From NCBI GenBank assembly GCA_963703905.1, contig CAVPFY010000007.1:334374-398373 (forward strand): DNA of 64,000 nt. Reading direction: 5' to 3'. Below the pieces are notes generated by a model. That model was not told the origin of the DNA and made no database searches. It was given only the letters and a program-made list of their open reading frames with translations. This DNA is from an uncultured Chloroflexia bacterium (GTDB lineage Bacteria > Chloroflexota > Dehalococcoidia > DSTF01 > WHTK01). Shown here piece after piece: positions 57,191-64,000 of this stretch; within the stretch, counting starts at the first letter, position 1, and each line of letters opens with the position of its first letter. The position numbers were made by a program, and so were the translations under genes.

Positions 57191-58186
57191 GTGACCATCG
57201 ATAAGCTCCGCGGGCGCCTGATCATCTCGCTCGTGCTCGGCGCCATGGTCGGCATCGCCCTCACCGCCTACGCCGACTTTGGCAAGGTGATCGACGCGCT
57301 CGGCGAGTTCAGGTGGGGCTACATGCCCTTCGTTTTGCTGCTGACGAGCATGAACTACGCCCTGCGCTTCCTGAAATGGCAGTACTACCTCCACATCATT
57401 GGCGTCCGTGAATTCAGAACCAGCGACAGCGCCCTGACATATCTCTCCGGCCTCGGCATGGTGGTGACTCCCGGCAAGGTCGGCGAATGGCTGAAGTGCT
57501 TCCTGCTGCGCGAGCTGCAAGGCACCTCGTTCAGCCGCAGCGCGCCCATTGTGGTCGCCGAGCGGCTGACGGATAGCCTGGGGCTGGTGATTCTGGGCGC
57601 TGCGGGCCTGATTGTGTTCCGCGATTCCTGGCCGGTCTTCGTGATTATCGTCGCCGGCTGCGGCGGTCTGGTGGTGGTGGCGCGGAACAAATCACTGTCC
57701 CACTGGATCCTGCAACGGCTGGAGCGCCTGCCGCTGGTCGGCCGCTTTGCGCACCAGGCCGAGGACTTTTACGACAGCAGCTACGCTTTGCTGGGACCTG
57801 TTCCGCTGGGCGCGATGACGCTTCTCAGCGTTGTCTCCTGGGGCTTCGAAGTGCTCGCGTTCTACGTCGTGCTGTTGGGCACTGGCCAGGAAGCGAGCAT
57901 CGACCTTCTGCTGAAGGCATCGTTCATCATGCCCGTGGCCACGCTGGCCAGCGCGCTGCTGATGACGCCGGGCGGGCTGGGTGTCGCGGAAGCAAGTATC
58001 GCCGCCCTGTGCATAAGGCTACTCCACATGTCGGAAGCGGATTCTACGGTCGCAACCCTGATCATCCGTTTTGGCACGCTGTGGTTTGGAGTCATCGTTG
58101 GCCTGGTCGCCCTGGTCCTGGTCAGCCGGCGGCTGTCGGGCGCCGCCCGCGGGCGCCTGGAGACGATGGCCGTGGAGCCTCCATGA
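57191..58186 (+). CDS. UPF0104 / lysylphosphatidylglycerol-synthase-TM-region (flippase-like) membrane protein
   Basis: It has about 8 TM segments and the pattern LLLTSMNYALRFLKWQYYL ... PGGLGVAEAS, typical of TIGR00374. Confidence 0.6.
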   Translation: MTIDKLRGRLIISLVLGAMVGIALTAYADFGKVIDALGEFRWGYMPFVLLLTSMNYALRFLKWQYYLHIIGVREFRTSDSALTYLSGLGMVVTPGKVGEWLKCFLLRELQGTSFSRSAPIVVAERLTDSLGLVILGAAGLIVFRDSWPVFVIIVAGCGGLVVVARNKSLSHWILQRLERLPLVGRFAHQAEDFYDSSYALLGPVPLGAMTLLSVVSWGFEVLAFYVVLLGTGQEASIDLLLKASFIMPVATLASALLMTPGGLGVAEASIAALCIRLLHMSEADSTVATLIIRFGTLWFGVIVGLVALVLVSRRLSGAARGRLETMAVEPP

Positions 58187-59176
58187 GGCTGGGCGAAGAG
58201 GGCCCGCCAGGGTCTTGGACACGCTTCATCCGACTGCCGTGGCCGGCCGACCTCGCCTCGCGCGCCGCCATTGTCTCTTTCGTTTCGAACTTTGCCTTGA
58301 TGATAATGAAGCTCACGCGCGGGCATGATCACGGGTTCGGTTGCCGTGCTTTCAGACGGCATCGACAGCGGTCAGGACGTGTTTGCCTCGGCAGTGGCGT
58401 TTGGCAGCGTGCGGTTCGCGATGCGCCCGCCGGACTTCGCCCACCCTTACGGACACGGCCGGGCCGAGACGCTGGCGGCGATGTTCCAGTCGTTCCTGAT
58501 TGCAGGCGGCGGCGTCTTCATCGCCTACCGGGCGATTTCCAGGCTACTAGAACCGCCGCAGAGTATCGGCGTCAGCCTGGGACTGGCAACGATGGCGCTG
58601 ACCGCGCTCGTGAACCTGGCGGTGGTCCAGTACGTAGGACGGGTTGCCCGGCAGACGGACTCGCCGGCGATCTCCAGCGACGCGCGGCACCTGTGGACTA
58701 ACGTCGTCCAGGCCGTCGCGATTTTTGCCGGCCTTGCCGTGGTCGCCCTGACGGGCGACGTGACATTCGACGCGCTCATCGCGCTGGGGCTGGCAGGCTA
58801 TCTCTTCTGGACGGCGGGCCGCATCCTCTGGGATTCCTTGCACGACATCCTCGATGCCAGCCTGGACGAGGACGACGTATCCTTCGTCCACGATGTCATC
58901 CTCAAGCATCGCGACGAGATCGCCGGCTTTCACCGCCTGCGCACGCGGCGGTCCGGCCAGCGTCCGTACATAGACGTCCACGTCGTCCAGCCGGGTTCGA
59001 TGACAGTGGCGGAAGCGGCGAAGATTTGCGACAGCATCGAGGAGGAGATTTGCGCCCGCTGGCCGGACGCGATAGTCACCATTCAGACGGAGCCGGCCGA
59101 CGGCCGCTTCCTTGGCCCGATGCAGTCGACCGAGTCCCGCGGCCTCGAAGGCGAAAGACCACGGTCACGTCTATAG
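58183..59176 (+). pseudogene. cation diffusion facilitator family transporter (frameshift near 58317)
   Basis: The ATG at 58183 overlaps the upstream stop. The join is ...MIMKLT / AGMITGSVAVLSDGIDS. It has HPYGHGRAE and a C-terminal cytoplasmic domain. Confidence 0.8.
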
Positions 59177-59189
59177 TCCCCCGTCACCT

Positions 59190-59195
59190 TATAAT
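59190..59195 (+). promoter_or_regulatory. TATAAT box 8 nt upstream of the proB ATG (leaderless candidate)
   Basis: ccttataatcgttgaaaATG was read directly. Confidence 0.3.
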
Positions 59196-59203
59196 CGTTG
59201 AAA

Positions 59204-60329
59204 ATGGCCGCGCGCCGCCGCTACCGCCGCATCGTCGTCAAGCTCGGCACCAGACCTCCTTACTTCGGGTGGCGAGCAGTTCGACCTCGCCCGCATCCAG
59301 GCTCTGGTCGAGCAGGTGGCCCAGCTCCATAAGGAAGGCGCCGAGGTGATCGTCGTCACGTCCGGGGCGGTCGCTGCCGGCCGATCGCGTCTCGGCAGGC
59401 AGCGGGCGCATCGCGACATCCCCTTCCGGCAGGTGCTGGCCGCGCTGTCGGCCAGGGCCAGCTGATGCAGGCCTACGACCACCTCTTCGCCGCGCACGAC
59501 ATCGTCACGGCGCAGACGCTGCTCACGCGCCGCGACCTCTCCGACCGCCTGAGCTACCTCAACGCCCGCAACACGCTGCTGGCGCTGCTGCGCTACGGGT
59601 GGTGCCTATCGTCAACGAGAACGACGCCGTCGCCGTCGAGGAGCTGGAGGAGAGCCGCATCGGCGAGAACGACACGCTGGCGGCGCTGACCGCCAACCTG
59701 GTGGACGCGGACCTGCTGGCGATCCTGATGACCCGCGACGGCCTCTTCACGGCCGACCCCAAGCTCGACCCGGCCGCGACGCTGGTCGAGCGCGTCGACC
59801 GCATCGACGCCACGGTCGAGGCCTACGCCGGCGGTAGCGAGGGCTCCGGCACCGGCGGCATGATCACGAAGCTCAAGGCGGCCCGCCTGGCGACGACCGG
59901 CGGCACCGACGTGGTCCTGGCCAGCGGCCTCGAGCCCGACGTTGTCCTGCGGCTGGCGCACGGCGAGCACGTCGGCACGTTGTTTCCCGCCGGCCGCCGA
60001 CCGCCTCGAGAGCCGCAAGCGCTGGATCCTCTCCGGCCTCTCGATCCGCGGCAGCCTCGTCGTCGACGAGGGCGCCGCCAGGGCGCTGCGCGAGCGCAAG
60101 ACCAGCCTCTTGCCGGCCGGCGTGCGCGACGTCTGCGGCGAGTTCGAGCGCGGCGAGACGGTGCAGATCGTGACGGTGGAAGGCAGCGCAGTCGCCTGCG
60201 GCATCACCAACTACGACTCGAAGGACGCTCTGGCCATCCGCGGCGCTGCGTTCGGAGCGCATCGCCGAGATCCTGGGCCACGACTACGGGACAGAGCTGG
60301 TGCACCGCGATAATCTGGTGTTGGTGTAG
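59204..60329 (+). pseudogene. proB: glutamate 5-kinase with PUA domain, at least five frameshifts
   Basis: Hand-joined translation: MAARRRYRRIVVKLGTS/LLTSGGEQF...VTSGAVAAG.../GQGQLMQAY.../[16 protein letters not shown]...GTGGMITKL.../ADRLESRKRWI...VACGITNYDS.../RSERIAEILGHDYGTELVHRDNLVLV. Confidence 0.88.
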
Positions 60330-60352
60330 AGGTCGGATACCACCGGGCCGAC

Positions 60353-60563
60353 GTGCACGGGGCATAACGTCTACCAGAGTCATTCGGAGGCTCCAAGTGA
60401 TTGGGTTCGAAATCGACCATGTCACGGGTAGCCACTACATCATGAAACACAGCGACGGACGGCGGGTGTCGGTTCCCCGTCATCGGACTGTGAAGACGGG
60501 ATTGTTACTTAACCAGTTGCAAGGGCCGGAATTTCCTGGGACGAGTTCCGGGAAGGACTTTAA
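60353..60563 (+). pseudogene. hicA: HicA-family mRNA interferase toxin (frameshifted at the 3' end and probably near the start)
   Basis: The central read is TSTRVIRRLQVIGFEIDHVTGSHYIMKHSDGRRVSVPRH. The C-terminus reads RAGISWDEFREGL-stop only after a 1-nt shift near 60523. The GTG at 60353 is out of frame by one base. Confidence 0.65.
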
Positions 60564-60566
60564 GCC

Positions 60567-60785
60567 ATGCAGGAATATTTGATCATCGTGCATCCCGACG
60601 AAGCTGGCGGATTCTGGACGGAAGTGCCCGCCCTGCCGGGATGCGGTTCGCAGGGCGACAGTGTGACCGAAGCGATTGATATGACGCGCGATGCCATTGT
60701 CGGCTTCATTGCCTCCCTGAAAAAGCATGGAGAGCCTGTACCTCCAGAGACTAATCTCGCGGTTAAGGTCACAGTGGCAGCATGA
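60567..60785 (+). CDS. hicB: HicB-family antitoxin (UPF0150)
   Basis: MQEYLIIVHPDEAGGFWTEVPALPGCGSQGDSVTEAIDMTRDAI. Confidence 0.8.
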   Translation: MQEYLIIVHPDEAGGFWTEVPALPGCGSQGDSVTEAIDMTRDAIVGFIASLKKHGEPVPPETNLAVKVTVAA

Positions 60786-62047
60786 CCAGCGTCCTCTCTC
60801 AGGCGCAGGCGGCGAAGACGGCCTCGCGAAAGCTGGCCGGCCTCTCGACGGCCGTGAAGGACCGCGCCTTGGACGCCATCGCCGACGCGCTGGTCGCCCG
60901 CCAGGACGAGATCCTGCAAGCCAACGCCCTGGACGTCGAGCGCGCGCGCGACGCCGGCCTGGCCGACGCGCCGCTGAACCGCCTCAAGCTCACGCCGGAG
61001 AAGATCGCCGGCATCGCCGCCGACGTGCGCACCGTCGCGACGCTGCCCGACCCCGTCGGCGAGGTCATCGACGGCTCGCGTCTGCCCAACGGCCTTCAGG
61101 TCAGCCGGCGCCGCGTGCCGCTCGGCGTCCTCGCGGCGATCTTCGAGAGCCGCCCCAACGTCACCATCGATATCGCCGCCTCTGCCTCAAGTCGGGCAAC
61201 GCCTGCGTCCTCCGCGGCGGCAGCGAGGCCATTCGCTCCAACACCGTCCTCGCGCGCATCGCTCGTCGAGGCCGAGACGGCCGCCGGCGTCCCCGAGGGC
61301 GCGCTGCAGTTCGTCGAGAGCACCGACCGCGCCCTGGTTGGCGAGCTGCTGTCGCTGCGCGAGTACATCGACCTCGTCGTGCCGCGCGGCGGCGCCGAGC
61401 TGATCCGCTTCGTGGCCGAAAACGCACGCATGCCCGTGCTGACCGGCGGCGTCGGCGTCTGCCACACCTACGTCGACCGCGCCGCCGACCTCGAGAAGGC
61501 CGCCGCGATCGCCGTCAACGCCAAGACGCGCAACTGGTCGATCTGCAACGCCCTGGACACGCTGCTGGTGCACAAAGACGTGGCCGAGGCGTTCCTGCCC
61601 CGGCTGGCGCCGATGTTGGCCGAGAAGGGCGTCGAGCTGCGCTGCGACGAGCGCGCGCTGTCGATCCTGCGAGCGTCCGGCGACGGCGCCCGCGCGGTGC
61701 CGGCCGCCGAGACGACTTCGGCCGCGAGTTTCTGGCCCTGGTCGCCGTCCGTGAAGGTCGTCGACTCGCTGGACGAGGCGCTGGACCACATCGCCCGCTA
61801 CGGCACCGGCCACTCCGACGCCATCGTCACGCGAGGACTACGAGGCGGCCCGGCGCTTCATGGACGAGGTCGATACCGCCGTCGTCTACGTGAACGCCTC
61901 GACGCAGTTCACGGACGGCGCCCAGTTCGGCCTCGGCGCCGAGATCATCGATTCGACGCAGAAGACGATCGCCCGCGGGCCGGTGGGCCTGCGCGAGATC
62001 ACGACTTACAAGTGGAACGTCAGGGTGAAGGCCAGACGCGCTCGTAG
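60782..62047 (+). pseudogene. proA: glutamate-5-semialdehyde dehydrogenase, about six frameshifts
   Basis: Hand-joined translation: ...IFESRPNVTIDIAA/LCLKSGNACVLRGGSEAIRSN.../VEAETAAGVP...CNALDTLLVH.../[42 protein letters not shown]...[11 protein letters not shown]...[15 protein letters not shown]. Confidence 0.88.
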
Positions 62048-62080
62048 CAGGCGGAGTTAACAACCGTCAGGAGGAGATTC

Positions 62081-62412
62081 ATGGCCACCTACAACTTCGA
62101 GCGCGAGATCCGGACGCCCCAGTCGGAGACGTTCGTGATCGAGACGGACGGCGACGAGGTCGCCCGGGTGGACCTGCACTACTCCGGCAGCACCGCCTAC
62201 GCCACCCTGTGCGTCCCGGAGACTTCGACGACGACGCCATCGAAGAGCTGATCGGCGAGATCGACGAGCGTCTGGTGATGAGCTGGGACCCGCTGCGCGA
62301 CGACTTCATCGTCACGGTCTGGGCCGGCCGCGAGGTCGGCGTCTTCTCCGAGTCCGGCGACGACGACGAGGACGATGACGACGAGTTCGAGGAGAACGAC
62401 GGGAACCGCTAG
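62081..62412 (+). pseudogene. small highly acidic hypothetical protein (frameshift near 62215)
   Basis: An AGGAGG RBS lies 7 nt upstream of the ATG at 62081. The translation is MATYNFEREIRTPQSETFVIETDGDEVARVDLHYSGSTAYATLCVP / DFDDDAIEELIGEIDERLVMSWDP...DDDEDDDDEFEENDGNR. Confidence 0.5.
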
Positions 62413-63249
62413 GCCGCTACCAGATTTCGCGGATCGTCGAAGCGCGGGCCTTCTTTGCACACCAGGCGCGGCTCGCCGCGGCGGTCGAAGATGGCGCAGC
62501 CGTAGCAGATGCCCGTGCCGCAACCCATCGGCGCCTCCAGCAGCGCCTGCACCGGCTTCCGCGCCGCGCGCCCGCGCCGGGCCTTCGAGCTTGTGCACCA
62601 GCTCCGCCAGCGAGACGAACATTGGATTGGGCCCGCAGGCAAACACCAGGTCCGCCCAGCCGAAGTAGTCCGGGAAGACGTCGGTTGCGCGGCCTTTGCG
62701 TCCTGCGGAGCCGTCTTCCGTGGTCACCACGACCTCGACCTCGGGCGGCACCAGCTCGGAGGGAAAGACGCCGGCCTCAGAGCGGGCGCCGACGACCATG
62801 ACAACGCTCTTGCCCTTCTCGACGGCGTCGTCGGCCAGCCAGAGGAGCGGCGCGATGCCGATCCCGCCGCCGATGAGGAGCAGGTTCTGGCCCGGCGCCC
62901 GCAGCGAGTAGCCACGTCCCAGCGGGCCCCAGCCGAACACGCGGTCACCGGGCTCGCGCGCCGCCAGCCAGGCCGTGCCGCGGCCGACGACGTCGTAGAG
63001 GATCGAGAACTCGGCGCCATTCTCGCCGTCGCGCAGGCGGTGGTAGCTCATGGCGCGCGGCAGGAGGGGGTCGTTGGCCACGGATGCGCCGGTCAGGCCT
63101 TCGCCCGCGTCGGCGACGTCGGCGGTGCGCAGCATCAGGAAGCGGCCGGGCGCGGCGCCGCGCATCAGCTCCGGGCCATCGAACCAGGTGATGTAGGTGT
63201 CGCCGTAAAGGCGCTCGGTGGAGACGGCGCGGATGAAGGCAGGCTTCAT
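62409..63249 (-). pseudogene. PyrK-like FAD/NAD-binding, 2Fe-2S electron-transfer subunit (frameshift near 62590)
   Basis: It has PRAMSYH, LLLIGGGIGIAPLLWLA and VVTTEDGS. The C-terminal cluster motif MGCGTGICYGCA...LVCKEGP lies in ORF 62409..62642. Confidence 0.7.
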
Positions 63250-63254
63250 CGGGC

Positions 63255-63674
63255 TTAAGGCTCGTGGCGGCTGACGCCGGGAACCCTGTCGAAGGCGGCG
63301 TCGTATGTGATGATCTCATGTCCGTGGCGCTGAGCAAGGACCATCGACCAGGCATCACTGAAATCAAGAAATTCGTGGCGCGCGAAGATGTCCAGCGCTT
63401 CGAGGATCAGCGACTTTTCAGGCAGATGAAAGTTCCTTAACGTCACGGGGGCTCTCAGGCGTGCCACAGCCTGAGAATTCTTCAAGCCGTACTGGCGCGG
63501 GGAACAGAGCACGTGGAGGACTTCGTGCAAGACCACTTCGGACGTGGTGGCGAGAACTTCGCCGCCCTCGATAGCTTCGAAAAGGGAGGAGCAGGCGGCG
63601 TGTTTGCGCCCGTCCTCGTCAGTGATGGGATCGGCTAAATAGCGAATGAAGATATTCGCATCCAGGAACTTCAT
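63255..63674 (-). CDS. vapC: PIN-domain toxin (VapC)
   Basis: It has MKFLDANIFIRYL, a TSEVVLHEV segment and a C-terminal ITYDAAFDRVPG. The gene overlaps the antitoxin stop (ATGA). Confidence 0.8.
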   Translation of the reverse strand: MKFLDANIFIRYLADPITDEDGRKHAACSSLFEAIEGGEVLATTSEVVLHEVLHVLCSPRQYGLKNSQAVARLRAPVTLRNFHLPEKSLILEALDIFARHEFLDFSDAWSMVLAQRHGHEIITYDAAFDRVPGVSRHEP

Positions 63675-63934
63675 TTGCCTCTCATACTGGCGACAATCCG
63701 CTCTGCCATTTCCTCCTGGGCCTCGTGAATCATCTTGTCGATGTCCTCCGTTCGTGTGGCCCTCACAGAGCCCGCGGCCGTTCGGACGGTGTACTTCATG
63801 CGCTCGATCCGTACCTCGTTACCGTCGATGGCGAACTCTACGCGGTCACGAGGCTTGACGCCCAGGATCCTACGCACTTCGGCCGGCAAAGTGATTTGGC
63901 CGCTGTTAGTGATGGTTGTCGCGATTCTCTTCAT
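63671..63934 (-). CDS. vapB: AbrB/MazE/SpoVT-type antitoxin (VapB)
   Basis: SGQITLPAEVRRILGVKPRDRVEFAIDGNEVRIE is a swapped-hairpin AbrB signature. Confidence 0.8.
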   Translation of the reverse strand: MKRIATTITNSGQITLPAEVRRILGVKPRDRVEFAIDGNEVRIERMKYTVRTAAGSVRATRTEDIDKMIHEAQEEMAERIVASMRGK

Positions 63935-64000
63935 GATGATACGCCGTCCCCATGAACGTCCTAACGTTCCTTGAAGAGTGTAGCACTCAACGGACTGCGT

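Overview
This is a very GC-rich (about two-thirds G+C by eye) bacterial chromosomal segment, densely coding on both strands. I found no rRNA, tRNA, CRISPR array, transposase or integrase. All calls rest on motif recognition in the supplied translations and hand reading of the DNA; no searches were run.

**Housekeeping genes**
- valS, recJ, recF, fabF-fabD, proB/proA, modABC, a split transketolase, sthA, dps, a pseudouridine synthase and a rhodanese.

**Accessory genes**
- Five paralogous acyl-CoA dehydrogenases.
- Two Gfo/Idh/MocA oxidoreductases.
- A GT2 plus GT-C membrane glycosylation pair.
- A P-type ATPase, a CDF transporter, and TerC behind a yybP-ykoY Mn riboswitch.
- An ArsR-VOC-SRPBCC operon.
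- XdhC and YqeC maturation factors.
- Three type II toxin-antitoxin modules: two vapBC and one hicAB.

**Most notable observations**
- About 20 genes carry +/-1 frameshifts, clustered especially at 18.4-19.8 kb and 59.2-62.6 kb. Several are essential genes, so consensus indel error is the most likely cause.
- hicAB sits inside the proB-proA operon, and the hicB stop overlaps the proA start (ATGA).
- Several intergenic repeat families are present: a MITE-like element with 28-30 bp terminal inverted repeats (one tandem array, one nested copy), a duplicated 182-bp block carrying four hairpin motifs, REP-like hairpins with an 11-bp stem, and short 7-8 nt tandem repeats placed just after stop codons.
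- Several lower-GC islets encode uncharacterised proteins.

The repeat families and gene content suggest a Chloroflexota-like or similar GC-rich lineage; this is low-confidence inference.
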